Shown here: positions 7,615 through 17,357 of the stretch, one piece after another
Numbering within the stretch: the first letter of the stretch is position 1
Layout: every line of letters starts with the position of its first letter
IMG/VR virus record: IMGVR_UViG_3300016665_000364
Coordinates: 1 to 47,590 of that record
DNA: 47,590 nucleotides
DNA from: a virus
Lineage: Duplodnaviria > Caudoviricetes
Strand: one strand, 5' to 3'
Program-made: the position numbers and the translations under genes
Notes under the pieces: model-generated
What the model saw: only the letters and a program-made list of their open reading frames with translations
Told to the model about the DNA's origin: nothing
Databases searched by the model: none

Positions 7615-9066
7615 TCACATGTACTGGGCGTCCACGTAGACGACGCCGCGGATGATCTGGCTCGCCGTCGCAGTGCCCGCGAACTGCTTCATGATGATGT
7701 GCACGTAGTTGCCGGGCTCGACGACGAGGGGCGACGAAAACTTGAGGTCGATGGCCTCCGCCGCTGCGCCGGCCGCCGCGCCGACGATGAACGATTGCAC
7801 GCCAACCGGGACGCGCCGGGCCTGCTTTGCGGTCGCGGTGTCGGCCACGGTGGCGAGCGTGACGGCCGTTGCGCCCACGCCGATCTGCCAAGCCATTGCG
7901 GTCGGCGTCGTCGCAACCGCTGCGCCCGTGTTGAGCGAGTCGATGCGGATGCCGCGGATGACGAGGTTGCGGTTGTACGAGCCTGCCGCCGCCGCGGGGA
8001 CCTGATAGGCGAACAGCGCGTAATCTGTCTCGGCGCCCGCGAGCGCGGCGAACTGCCACTGGCCGCCGAGCGTGGTGTACGAAGCGGCGGTGTTGCTCAA
8101 AACGGCCGACGCGGGCGAGGCGCTGTTGGCGCTGTTGGCCGTGTAGCCCATCGTGCCGCCCGACTGACCCTGGTAGCCGCCCCAGCCCATGAGGGACGAG
8201 GCGTCCGAGGCTTGGAGCGGGTTCATCATACCGCCTCGGCTCACGACGACGGGGCCGATCCACAACTGCGTGGCCGTCGCAGGCGCGACCGCGCCGTTGT
8301 AGACGCGGAACGTGATGGGAAGCGAGTTGGATAGCGTGAGCGACGGGACCGCGGCGGCACGCGACACCGTCGCGACCAGCACGTTGTCGATCCACAACTC
8401 TGCCTCGATCGTGTTGATGACGAGCAGGCACTCGGCGTCCGCGTTGACGACGATACCCGCGGTGCCCGGCGTGAACCCGGCGGACGCCTGCTCCGAGCCG
8501 TTGTACTTCGACACCAACTGCCACACGCCAGACGCGTTGCAGCGCAGGTACACGCCGTCCGTCGGCTCGGTCGTACCGCTCGCGATGAACCATCCGGCCT
8601 CGACCGTCGTGTTGGTGATGCCGAGCGAGGCTGCCACGATCTGAAACGGAAACTCGATGTACAGCGCGAACGAGTGCTCGACCGAAAAGGTACGGTACGA
8701 CTGCACGCGCGCGACGCCGTTGGCCGCCGCAGACGCGCCAGAGTTCAGCTTGAGGTACTGGTTGCCGACCGCCGTCGCGAACGTGGTGACGACCGACGTC
8801 CACTGCGCGCTGTTGAGCGCCGAGCCCGCGAAGGTCTCGTGGAAGATGAGCGAGTCCGCACCGACGCGTAGCCGGTAGTCCTCGTCCCCCTCAAGCGGGA
8901 TTATGTACCGCGAGCCGTACACCGTCCCGGGGTCGCCCTCGCATGCGAGCGTCACGAAGCCTGCGTTGGCTTCGGTCGCACTCCCGCCCGTCGTCTTGAG
9001 CTCGTTGGCCGAGTTGACCTCGGCAACGTAGCCAGACGTGTTGCCCTCGATGCGAATTCCAGCCAT
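7615..9066 (-). CDS. Virion structural/appendage protein (beta-rich, lectin-like), 483 aa
   Basis: Ala/Gly/Ser/Thr-rich beta-strand pattern, strong coding bias, lies among appendage genes. Confidence 0.7.
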   Translation of the reverse strand: MAGIRIEGNTSGYVAEVNSANELKTTGGSATEANAGFVTLACEGDPGTVYGSRYIIPLEGDEDYRLRVGADSLIFHETFAGSALNSAQWTSVVTTFATAVGNQYLKLNSGASAAANGVARVQSYRTFSVEHSFALYIEFPFQIVAASLGITNTTVEAGWFIASGTTEPTDGVYLRCNASGVWQLVSKYNGSEQASAGFTPGTAGIVVNADAECLLVINTIEAELWIDNVLVATVSRAAAVPSLTLSNSLPITFRVYNGAVAPATATQLWIGPVVVSRGGMMNPLQASDASSLMGWGGYQGQSGGTMGYTANSANSASPASAVLSNTAASYTTLGGQWQFAALAGAETDYALFAYQVPAAAAGSYNRNLVIRGIRIDSLNTGAAVATTPTAMAWQIGVGATAVTLATVADTATAKQARRVPVGVQSFIVGAAAGAAAEAIDLKFSSPLVVEPGNYVHIIMKQFAGTATASQIIRGVVYVDAQYM

Positions 9067-9067
9067 G

Positions 9068-9565
9068 TCAGGTCCAACTCCAATTGACAGTGAACGTGCC
9101 GGTGAGCCTCAACTCGCTCACTGCGTGAATCGTGAATCCGACGCCAGCAGTAGGCGCATCGCAGACGACGGCGATGCTCGCCACCGCATGCTCGAGCACG
9201 TTGTGGTCAGCCGTCGCGACTGCTGCGATCCATGCGTCGCACTTCGACGTGCCCGTGATGGACGTCTGTCCGGTGACAGTGGCCGTTGCGTAATTGCCGC
9301 CGGGCGTCGCGCCGAAGTTGAGCGTCGTCTGCCCGACGTTCGCCGAGCCGGCCGGGCCCGTTGCGCCGGTGGCACCCGTGGCCCCCGTGGCACCTGTTGC
9401 GCCCGTCGCTCCCGTAGCCCCAGTGGCTCCAGTCGCACCCGTGGGCCCCGTCGCACCCGTGGGGCCAGTCGGTCCAGTCGGCCCCGAGCCCGTGCCACCG
9501 CCGAACGACGGCGGGTCTGGATTGCTCCCTACGGGCGCGGCGGGTCTATTGTCACTGCGGGCCAC
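9068..9565 (-). CDS. Collagen-like (Gly-X-Thr) fibre protein
   Basis: 16 consecutive G-X-Y triplets (14 GPT/GAT) followed by a small beta domain. Confidence 0.85.
   Translation of the reverse strand: MARSDNRPAAPVGSNPDPPSFGGGTGSGPTGPTGPTGATGPTGATGATGATGATGATGATGATGATGATGPAGSANVGQTTLNFGATPGGNYATATVTGQTSITGTSKCDAWIAAVATADHNVLEHAVASIAVVCDAPTAGVGFTIHAVSELRLTGTFTVNWSWT
9341..9484 (-). repeat. 9-bp-period collagen coding repeat
   Basis: 16 units of 9 bp with variable third codon positions. Confidence 0.9.
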
Positions 9566-9608
9566 GCATGTGGCAAGCTACTGGATGGAACGGGACAGAA
9601 CCGGACGG

Positions 9609-9803
9609 TCAGAGCACTTCGCCGATGACATCCGCCAGCATGCCGAGCGCCGTGCGGAACGGCTCCGGCGCCCACGCGAGCATCGGGCGCGCGCGGTCGA
9701 GGAGCAGACGGATCTCCGCCTCACGCAGAGCGAGGGCCAGCGCGCGCTGTGCGGCGGTCGCCTCGCGCGCCGCCTTGAGTTCTTCTTCGCTGATGATGCT
9801 CAC
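9609..9803 (-). CDS. Hypothetical helical protein (64 aa)
   Basis: GTGA overlap with the upstream gene; AAGGGG RBS. Confidence 0.55.
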   Translation of the reverse strand: MSIISEEELKAAREATAAQRALALALREAEIRLLLDRARPMLAWAPEPFRTALGMLADVIGEVL

Positions 9804-9961
9804 TTGGCCCCCTTGATCACGCCGAGCGCGTCGTGGGCGCGGAAGCCGACGTCCCTAGCGATGGCCTTGGCCTTCCCCTCAGGAAGCCACTTCGCCGCGA
9901 CGCCGGCCACGATGCCGATGAGGCCGATGATGTCGATGGCGATACGGATGTACTGGTCCAT
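9800..9961 (-). CDS. Small single-TM protein, holin-like (53 aa)
   Basis: AGGAG RBS; IAIDIIGLIGIVAGVAA TM segment and a basic C-terminus. Confidence 0.6.
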   Translation of the reverse strand: MDQYIRIAIDIIGLIGIVAGVAAKWLPEGKAKAIARDVGFRAHDALGVIKGAK

Positions 9962-9971
9962 GGTGCTCCTA

Positions 9972-10676
9972 TCAGGCTGCCGCGTATCGGTTGACGAGGT
10001 AGCTCTCGGCGGTGACGAGCTCGGTGCCCGTGAGCGACCCGGTGACAACGAACGCCTCGGGGATCGAGCCGATCCACCAGTTCGCGGCGGTGGGGTCGCG
10101 GCCGAGCGTGATGCCGGCGAGCGTGCCTGCACCCGCGTTGCCCGACTGCACCTGAGACCCGTTGACGCGGACGAACGAGTTTGCGCCGTTGATCACGGCG
10201 GTGACCTGCTTGGTGCCGGTCCAAGTCGACGCGCTGGTGACGAGCGAGCCCGCAGCGGTGCCGATCGCCTTGCTGGTGACGGCCGCGTAGATGAGCGTGC
10301 GCCCCGCACCGTAGCCGTCGAAGGCATTGCGGTAGGTGCTGCCGTCGCCGTCGTTGCGGGCCACGAGGAAGACGACGAACGGCTGCGCGCTGACGACGGT
10401 CGACGTGTACTGGAGGAAGTCGTCGCCCGCGAAGTCGAACGACGGAAGCGAGTTCACGCCCGTCGCGTTCCACGTCGGGCGACCCGTACCGGAGGCCGTG
10501 ACGTGACGTCCGTACCCGGATAGGTCGTCGGCCTGGCTGACCAGGTTGGAGCCGTCCTTGGTCACGCCGCGGTCGGCGCGGATCCACCACGCGAGCGAAG
10601 TGCCGTAGTCGGCCGGGTACCACCCGTGCGACTCCTGCTTGATGACCGATGCGCCGTGCAGATCCTTGTATGCCAT
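9972..10676 (-). CDS. LamG/concanavalin-A-like lectin-fold virion protein
   Basis: WIRADRGV..VSQ.DDLSG..H...P....NSLPSFDF.G.D, VRVNG, G.I.E and YL..RY pattern of phage LamG-like domains. Confidence 0.75.
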   Translation of the reverse strand: MAYKDLHGASVIKQESHGWYPADYGTSLAWWIRADRGVTKDGSNLVSQADDLSGYGRHVTASGTGRPTWNATGVNSLPSFDFAGDDFLQYTSTVVSAQPFVVFLVARNDGDGSTYRNAFDGYGAGRTLIYAAVTSKAIGTAAGSLVTSASTWTGTKQVTAVINGANSFVRVNGSQVQSGNAGAGTLAGITLGRDPTAANWWIGSIPEAFVVTGSLTGTELVTAESYLVNRYAAA

Positions 10677-10677
10677 C

Positions 10678-11274
10678 TCAGTACCCCAGCGCGGCCTTCG
10701 CCGCGGCCTTGTATTTCACGTGTCCCGCCGTCGTCGGATGCACGCCGTCCACGAGGTCGCCGAGCGCGAGGATCGCGGACCCATCGACGAACGTGGCCCA
10801 CGATCGCCCCGTACACGCCGACGAGATCGCGGTGCGGTAGTTCGGCAGCGTCGAGCCGAGCGCGTTGGCCGTCTCGGTGCTCCTGACGAGCGGCGACTGC
10901 GCGTAGACCGTGACCGTCGTGTCAAGCGCACGGATCTGGTCGAGCAGGTCAGCGTACGCGGACCCGAAGTCGGTCGAGTTCCACTGCGCGACGCCGTAGT
11001 CGTTGGTGCCGATCGCGAGCCAGATGCGCCGGCTGTTCGTGCCCCGTGCCGCCTGCACGAGTTGCTGCGCGAGGTTGACCCGCCACGCGGCCGTGAGGCC
11101 ATCGGTGCGGAGCTGCCGGCCGCTGTACGCGATGACACGCACCATGCCCGGATAGTCCGCGCTCAGGAGCACCGGCCAGGCGTCGGTTGCCGGGCTCGTC
11201 GAGGCGTAGCCCGCGGCGATGGAGTCGCCGTAGACCACGATTCGAGCCGATGGCCTCAAGTCGATATAGGCCAT
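10678..11274 (-). CDS. SGNH/GDSL hydrolase (esterase/deacetylase)
   Basis: YGDSI (S), AYSG (G), IGTND (N) and DGVHP (D/H) blocks. Confidence 0.92.
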   Translation of the reverse strand: MAYIDLRPSARIVVYGDSIAAGYASTSPATDAWPVLLSADYPGMVRVIAYSGRQLRTDGLTAAWRVNLAQQLVQAARGTNSRRIWLAIGTNDYGVAQWNSTDFGSAYADLLDQIRALDTTVTVYAQSPLVRSTETANALGSTLPNYRTAISSACTGRSWATFVDGSAILALGDLVDGVHPTTAGHVKYKAAAKAALGY

Positions 11275-11669
11275 CAGTCGCCCTTGCCGACGAGCCGCCC
11301 GGTCACGCTACCCGCAGCCGTGCCGCTCTCGGTCCAGACAACGCGAACCCACAGGTACCCAGCGCCCGATGCGTTCCACACGACGCTGCCCGCAGTGGTG
11401 ACGGTCTGCGACGAGCTGTCCACGTCGGTCCAGTTCATCGCCGACGCGGTGGGGATGTTGGTCGGAGACATGTTCGGCTCGTCGTTGCTGACCTGGAGCT
11501 TGAACGCGCCCGTGACGGTCGCGCCGGTGGTCACGATCTGCGCCGAGTAGACGTCGATGTGACGGAGCGAGATAGGGACCGAGTAGAGGGTGCTGTTCGA
11601 GATGTCGCCCGAGGTCGTGTAGGTCGACTGATCGGTCGACCACGTGATGACCGCATTGAAAACGCGCAT
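11274..11669 (-). CDS. Small beta-sandwich virion protein (131 aa)
   Basis: AAGGAG RBS; KLQVSND and WVRVVWT strands; Ser/Thr-rich. Confidence 0.7.
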   Translation of the reverse strand: MRVFNAVITWSTDQSTYTTSGDISNSTLYSVPISLRHIDVYSAQIVTTGATVTGAFKLQVSNDEPNMSPTNIPTASAMNWTDVDSSSQTVTTAGSVVWNASGAGYLWVRVVWTESGTAAGSVTGRLVGKGD

Positions 11670-11689
11670 GTCAGGTCTCCTTGCTGGTG

Positions 11690-14600
11690 TCAGCCGCTCA
11701 AGCGGGCGATGTCGGTCGTCTGGAGCGCGGGGTTGGACTTGCCGAGCGGCCTTCCGCCGCCGTCCACCTTGCTCGCGTCCTTGGTCTGGTAGATGCCCTG
11801 TAGGTTCGAGAGCTGAGCGAGCGAGCGGTCCAGCGGCGCCCCCGTCATCATCGAGAGCTTGAGGCGCTGCGCGTACGGCAACGACGGCGCCTTGCCCGAC
11901 GAGCCGTAGTCGTTGATGCGCTTGAGCATCTCCTGGTACAGCTTCGGCGCGACCGCTTGCAGCGCGTCCACGTGGGCCTTGGTGAGCGTGCCGTCGGCGA
12001 GCGCGTCGAGCGCCTTGTACGGGTCGAGCGCGACGGCCACCTTGGTGCGGTAGTCCTTCACCTGCGCGTCGGTCGGCTTCCACGTGGGCGCGGGCGTGAA
12101 CGGCACCGGCACGCTGTACGGCGACTGCGGAGCCTGCGATGCGAGGTACTGCGCGACCTGCGGGAGCTTCGCCGCCACGGCCATCGCCACTTCAGGCGCG
12201 TCGGCGCTGAGCGGAGCAATCGCGGCCTTGCTGCGCGCCTCCATGTCGTCGGGGTTGCTGGCGAGCGCGGCCATCCGGTCGGCGAAGGCCATCACGTCGT
12301 CGGGCTTGTCGAGCTTCGTGCGGTCCTCCATGCCGAGGAACCGGGAGAGCACGTTGACGCCGAGCGTCTCGCGCGCGGGCGACTTGCGGCCTGCCATGTG
12401 GTCGAGAACGGCGGGGACGCGGGACAACTCGCGATCATGTTTCGCGAAAGCGGCCTCAAGTGCGGCGAGCGCCCTGTTTCCGAACGACTGCGTTTGCGCC
12501 GCTTCGATGCGCGATGCCGCATCCGCGATCTTCGCAGCCGCGTCCTGCACCGACGCAGCAGAGGCCGCGTTCACGTCAGCAGCGCCAGCGATCTTCGCCG
12601 CCGCCGCGTCGAACGGAGCAGCAGCCTTGGCCGCAACGCGACCAGCTGCGTCTCCGAAGACTTCCTCGGCCTTGGCTCCAGCAGCGCGCAGAGCGCCACC
12701 TGCGGCGCCGGCCACGCGGTCCGTGGCATCGGCCCACTTGCCAGGCATGAACGCTTCGGTGAGTTGCGCCTTCGCCCGACTCACGACATCCGGCACATGC
12801 CCTGTCCGAGCGTAGGTGTCGGCGAGTTCAGCGAGCCAGTGGTTCGCGTTCTTGCGGAGCTGGTTGTTGACGTAGGACGCGAGCAATCCGCCCGCGGCGC
12901 CTCCGATGGGGCCGAGCAGCGCCCCGCCCGCAGAGCCTGCGATGCCAGCGAGCATGTCGGTCATGCTGCCGAATCCACGATTGGAGATCTCGCGGCCGAT
13001 GTTGGCCTCGACGGCAGAGTGGATCGTCTTGAACGCGCCGAACTCGCGGTTCAGTTGCTTGATTGCGCCGATCTGCTCGGCGGTCATGCCGAGCGCCTTG
13101 CCCGCGGACTGGTACCCGTTGTCGAGTGCCATGCCGTACATCTGCCGGATGGCGCGGTACTCCTTGTCTACCTTGTCGGCGGTGAGCGCGGAGTTCTCTC
13201 CGTACAGCAGGCGGTCAAAGTCGAGCCGCTCCGCGTGGAGTTCCTTGACTGAAGCCTTGATGTCCTTGGTGCGGGCGAGCCACTGCTTCTTTGTCTCGCC
13301 CTCAAGCCGCGCGAGGCCGTGCTTTTCTTCAAAATCCGCGATGTAGCGCTCGACCTTCGCCGCCTGCGCCTGGTACCCGACCTTCTTCTTGAGCGGGTCC
13401 AGCACGCCCGTGCGCATGTTGCGAGCGATGGCGCGCAGAGAGATCACGTCACCAGCGGCGTCGAGCGCGTCGTGGTAGGCGCCGATTTGCCCTCCGAGCT
13501 CGTCGACCTTCTCCCCGAGCCTGCCTGCGTACTCCGCGACCTGCTCGTTCGTTTTCGGCAGTAGGCCCTTGTCGAGCAAAAGACGCCCGGCTGCGCGGTC
13601 TCCGCCGGGCATGTCGGCGAGCTTGTCTGCGTACTTCTTGTACGGGTTGATTGCCCGCACCGCCTGCTCCTCGGCGAAGTCCTTGGCGATGTCGCGCAGA
13701 GACGCTTCGGGCTTCCCGGTCGCGTACTGTGCCCACGCCTCCGCGTACTCGGGCAGCTTGGCCACGTGGTCGGCCATCGTGGCGCGCACGGATTCGAGCT
13801 TGCCTTTGATGCCTGCGAGGTTGTCGCGCGCGGCCTTCACGGCATCGGGTACGCCTTCGGTGATGTCTGGAGCGACACCGTGCGCTGCCTCTGCCTCGGC
13901 GACAGCGCGCTCTGCCGCCGTGACCTCATCTGCGAGCGCGGTAGCCTTCGTCGCACTGGAGAGTGCGGAGAAGCCCTTGATCTTGCCTGCGACGCCCCCG
14001 AGGGCGCCGACGACACCACCCAGCGCCGCCCCACCCGCAGCGCCCCAGATCCACGTCTCGGCGGCCTTGTCGGGGTCGCCGGTGAGAAGCTGCGCCGCGG
14101 CCTTCGGAGCCGCGAACACCATGCCCTGCGCGCCGTAGTCGGCCGCAGCGGCGAGGGCTTGCCGCGCGATGCCGGGGGCGTGTTTCGCGACCTGCTCCGC
14201 GCCCTCCGCGCCGATGCGGTACGCGGCCTCGGCTGCGAGCCCCTTGGCCAGCGCGCGTTCGGCGAGGACGCCAGCGCGCGCGGCTTTGCCGGCGGCGTTC
14301 GCGCCCTGGAAGAACTCGCCGCCGTAGAGCATCGACAGCGCAAAGCCCGCCGCACGGCCGCCGTAGTTGGCCACCGGGCTCGCGTCGCGGAGCGCGCGGA
14401 ACTTGGCGAGTTCGTACGGGTCCTGCGTCGAGTCGACGAGGACATCGCCCGCGCCGAACGTGGCCTCGTCGAGCATGCCTCGCAGCGCGACCTTCGCCGC
14501 GCCGCCGAGGCCCTTGTTCTCTTCGAGGTAGCGCCGGATGCCAGCCTGCTCGGCCGACTCGATCTGGTAGCCCTGCTTCGCGGCGTCGGGCAGGTAGGCG

Positions 14601-14770
14601 GCGTCGAGGCCGTACACCTTGCCGTCGGGTGAGACGACGTTGACGGTTTTGCCGGTGGGCTGCGGCGCGATGGGCGCGGCGTCGGGCGTGACGACTTGCG
14701 AGGCAAAGCCTCCGCCTGGCGTGACCGGCGTGGTGCCGTCCGCCTGCGATGCGAAGCCGCCGGCCATCAC
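11690..14770 (-). CDS. Large internal virion (ejection/DNA-transfer) protein
   Basis: 1026-aa Ala-rich helical protein with glycine-zipper TM-like segments; last and largest gene of the post-nozzle block. Confidence 0.7.
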   Translation of the reverse strand: MMAGGFASQADGTTPVTPGGGFASQVVTPDAAPIAPQPTGKTVNVVSPDGKVYGLDAAYLPDAAKQGYQIESAEQAGIRRYLEENKGLGGAAKVALRGMLDEATFGAGDVLVDSTQDPYELAKFRALRDASPVANYGGRAAGFALSMLYGGEFFQGANAAGKAARAGVLAERALAKGLAAEAAYRIGAEGAEQVAKHAPGIARQALAAAADYGAQGMVFAAPKAAAQLLTGDPDKAAETWIWGAAGGAALGGVVGALGGVAGKIKGFSALSSATKATALADEVTAAERAVAEAEAAHGVAPDITEGVPDAVKAARDNLAGIKGKLESVRATMADHVAKLPEYAEAWAQYATGKPEASLRDIAKDFAEEQAVRAINPYKKYADKLADMPGGDRAAGRLLLDKGLLPKTNEQVAEYAGRLGEKVDELGGQIGAYHDALDAAGDVISLRAIARNMRTGVLDPLKKKVGYQAQAAKVERYIADFEEKHGLARLEGETKKQWLARTKDIKASVKELHAERLDFDRLLYGENSALTADKVDKEYRAIRQMYGMALDNGYQSAGKALGMTAEQIGAIKQLNREFGAFKTIHSAVEANIGREISNRGFGSMTDMLAGIAGSAGGALLGPIGGAAGGLLASYVNNQLRKNANHWLAELADTYARTGHVPDVVSRAKAQLTEAFMPGKWADATDRVAGAAGGALRAAGAKAEEVFGDAAGRVAAKAAAPFDAAAAKIAGAADVNAASAASVQDAAAKIADAASRIEAAQTQSFGNRALAALEAAFAKHDRELSRVPAVLDHMAGRKSPARETLGVNVLSRFLGMEDRTKLDKPDDVMAFADRMAALASNPDDMEARSKAAIAPLSADAPEVAMAVAAKLPQVAQYLASQAPQSPYSVPVPFTPAPTWKPTDAQVKDYRTKVAVALDPYKALDALADGTLTKAHVDALQAVAPKLYQEMLKRINDYGSSGKAPSLPYAQRLKLSMMTGAPLDRSLAQLSNLQGIYQTKDASKVDGGGRPLGKSNPALQTTDIARLSG

Positions 14771-16737
14771 TTCCCCTTCGCGTCAGGAGCGGTGAGCGGG
14801 AGTGTCGGCGTGGTCGGCTTGGCCTGGAAGTGCGTGTTGTTCAGCCGCTTGATCTCCTCGTCGATGCTCGCAAGGTGCGCGTCGATTAGCGCATCGTTGT
14901 ACGGCGTCTGCATCGTCGCCCCGGCCTTCATGTCGAGCGCGAGCGGGTCAGGCACGACCTTCCAGATTTCGGCCGCGTCCTTGTCGGAGTTCTCGCCGAG
15001 CGTCTTGATTCCGGTGAACACCTTGCGCTTGTACTTCGCCGCGAGTGCCTGCTCCTCCGACGTCTCGTACATCGCGCCGCCGTTGTTCTTCTTGCGAAGC
15101 GCCTTCATGCCCATCAGCGCCTCGCGCGCCTGCGCAAGCTTCTCGGTCCGCTCCAAGTAGTCATCGCCCGCCTTCGGGCTCACGGGCTTCATCGCCGCGC
15201 CGTAGAGCGGCTGCCCCTTCTCGTTGAACCCGGTGATGGTGTTGATCGGCTTGGGGCCACCGCCGCCGCCTTCGCCAGCGGCGGCCTTCGCGCTGATGGT
15301 GCCAGTGTCGACGTAGTTGCCGTTGGCGTCCTTCACCATGTGCATGCCGTACGGGTTGTTCACAACCTCGCCGTTTGGCAGCACGGTGCCTTGCGGCACC
15401 CACTTCGCCCAGCCGCCGGTCTCGACGGCCTTCGCGGCAACCTTCTTGTTGATCTCGTACTCGTCCTTGAACGGCTGCATGCGAGCCGCCGCCGCCTGGG
15501 CCTGCGCCTTGGCCTGCGCGGCGTAGTAGGAGTCGATCATGGACTCGCCCGCCGCCTGCCGATTCGCCGCCCACATCTTCTGGCGATCCTCGAGTGCAGC
15601 GCTCAGCGCGCCGAGCTGCACCTTGGCCTTCTCGCTCGTGGCCTTGGACGCGTACGAGTCGATCTGCGCCTTCGTCTTGCGCAAGTACGTCTCGTACGCC
15701 ATCGCCTCGGCGGCATCCTCCTGCCCGAACTGCTGCAAGTAGGACCCGTACAGGCCGCGACGTGCCTCGATGCCAGCGCCCTTCTTCGCGATCTCCGCCT
15801 TCTGGAGGTCGATGTCCTGTTGGATCTTGCCCTCGATGCGGTTGGCGAACTGGCCCACGTAGTCTTTCGACGGGTCCATAAACCCGGCGATGCCGGCGAC
15901 GAACGAGCCGATGGTGGCCGCAATGGCGTTGCCGGTGCCCTGCGAGCCCGCCCACAGACGGCCTGGGTCGATCTTGGCGTTGGCGTAGTCGTTGATCTGC
16001 TTCTCGGTGTCCGCGTTGTACTTCGCGAGGAACGCCTGCCGGTCGGCCGCCTTCTTCTGCGCCGCCGCCGCGCGCGCGTCCGCATCGGCAGAGACCTGCT
16101 GCGCGACGCCGGAGTAGTCGGCCGCGGTGTTGGCGTCGACCGCGGCGTCCTGCTCGGCAAACTGGCCCTCGCCGTAGAGTCGCTGGCCCTGGATGACCTG
16201 GAGCTTCTGCTGCCCCGGCGTCAGGCCGAACGAGAGCGGATCCTTGCCGTGGTAGAGCCCTTCGGCCGCCACCGTCTGCGCAGGCGCCTGGAGCGGCAGC
16301 GCGGGGCCTGTGGACGCACCAGGCTGCATCGGCCCACCGGGCTTCGGCGGAGGCGCCACGAGGCCGGCGGGAGGCGCTGGCGGGCCGACGACGGGGACGT
16401 TCGGCAGGAGCGGAGACGGAGCCGGCGGAGGGGCCGCGGGCGCGGGCTGCGGGCCACCGAACATCGGGTCATCCGCAAGCGTCGGCGGCTTGTTGATCGG
16501 CACCGGCGTCGGGTTGCCCACAGAGGCCACGTACTTCGGCTCGTAGGGCGCGGCGGGCGGCGGCATGTTGACCTGCGCAGACGCGGCAGCAGGCGCGGCC
16601 GGAACCGGCGCAGGCGGCGGCGCAACCGCGTCGATCAGCGGGTTTGACATCGGCACGCCATGCGACGCTGCGAACTTGGCTTTCAGCTTGGGGTCGCTGA
16701 TGGGCAGTGCTGCGATCTGTTCTGCGGTGTACGCCAT
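14767..16737 (-). CDS. Internal virion protein with Pro-rich N-terminus
   Basis: Pro/Ala-rich first ~160 aa, TM-like AIAATIGSFVAGIAGF, then coiled coil; position in the ejection block. Confidence 0.7.
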   Translation of the reverse strand: MAYTAEQIAALPISDPKLKAKFAASHGVPMSNPLIDAVAPPPAPVPAAPAAASAQVNMPPPAAPYEPKYVASVGNPTPVPINKPPTLADDPMFGGPQPAPAAPPPAPSPLLPNVPVVGPPAPPAGLVAPPPKPGGPMQPGASTGPALPLQAPAQTVAAEGLYHGKDPLSFGLTPGQQKLQVIQGQRLYGEGQFAEQDAAVDANTAADYSGVAQQVSADADARAAAAQKKAADRQAFLAKYNADTEKQINDYANAKIDPGRLWAGSQGTGNAIAATIGSFVAGIAGFMDPSKDYVGQFANRIEGKIQQDIDLQKAEIAKKGAGIEARRGLYGSYLQQFGQEDAAEAMAYETYLRKTKAQIDSYASKATSEKAKVQLGALSAALEDRQKMWAANRQAAGESMIDSYYAAQAKAQAQAAAARMQPFKDEYEINKKVAAKAVETGGWAKWVPQGTVLPNGEVVNNPYGMHMVKDANGNYVDTGTISAKAAAGEGGGGGPKPINTITGFNEKGQPLYGAAMKPVSPKAGDDYLERTEKLAQAREALMGMKALRKKNNGGAMYETSEEQALAAKYKRKVFTGIKTLGENSDKDAAEIWKVVPDPLALDMKAGATMQTPYNDALIDAHLASIDEEIKRLNNTHFQAKPTTPTLPLTAPDAKGK

Positions 16738-16762
16738 CACAACCCCCACATGGAGACGGGCA

Positions 16763-17353
16763 TCAGTACCCCTTCTTCTTCGTCGCAGGCGCAGGCCCGA
16801 ACGCGGAGCGCGCGAGCAAGTCGATCTTGCTCGACGGCGCGGGCGGCTTCGCCGTCACCACATCCGGCGCGAACTCGTACTGGCCCTTCGGCGCCTTCGC
16901 GTAGAGCTTGTCGCCCTCGCCGACCCCGAAGCCGAAGTCGTCGGGACCGTACTCGCTCTGGTCGGCGCCCTTCCATTCCTTGACGTACTTCGGCAACTGC
17001 GCAAACCCGACGCCGCTCGAATCCACGTCGAGCGCAGGGCCTTCCGCGGTGTACGTGGGCTCGCTCCCGTACGGAAGCCGGCCGATGCTGGACGACTCTG
17101 GAGGCGCGTCCTTCAGCTTCACCACGGGGCGGTACATCTCCGCGGGCTGGTCGGGCTTGAGCAGCGGCGGGCCTGCATCCTCGTCCGCGAATCCGTCGCC
17201 CGCGTTCGCGCCGCGCGTCTTGGCGTCGGCCATCGCCTTCTCGGAGAGCTTCTGGCCCTTCACGAGTCGCTGGTAGTCGTTGTCGGTGAGGACGACCGGC
17301 GTGCCGGCAGCCTGCGAGAGAGCGGTTTCGTAGTCCTGCTTGCTGAGCGGCAT
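16763..17353 (-). CDS. Hypothetical virion-block protein, N-terminus similar to 17358-17900
   Basis: MPLSKQDYETALSQAAGTPVVLTDNDYQRL; GGAAGG upstream. Confidence 0.65.
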   Translation of the reverse strand: MPLSKQDYETALSQAAGTPVVLTDNDYQRLVKGQKLSEKAMADAKTRGANAGDGFADEDAGPPLLKPDQPAEMYRPVVKLKDAPPESSSIGRLPYGSEPTYTAEGPALDVDSSGVGFAQLPKYVKEWKGADQSEYGPDDFGFGVGEGDKLYAKAPKGQYEFAPDVVTAKPPAPSSKIDLLARSAFGPAPATKKKGY

Positions 17354-17357
17354 GGTG

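Noticed and set aside
11690-14770. Tape-measure protein of a long-tailed phage
   Set aside because: No tail tube, chaperone, sheath or baseplate genes; the position after a nozzle-type gene fits a podophage ejection protein.
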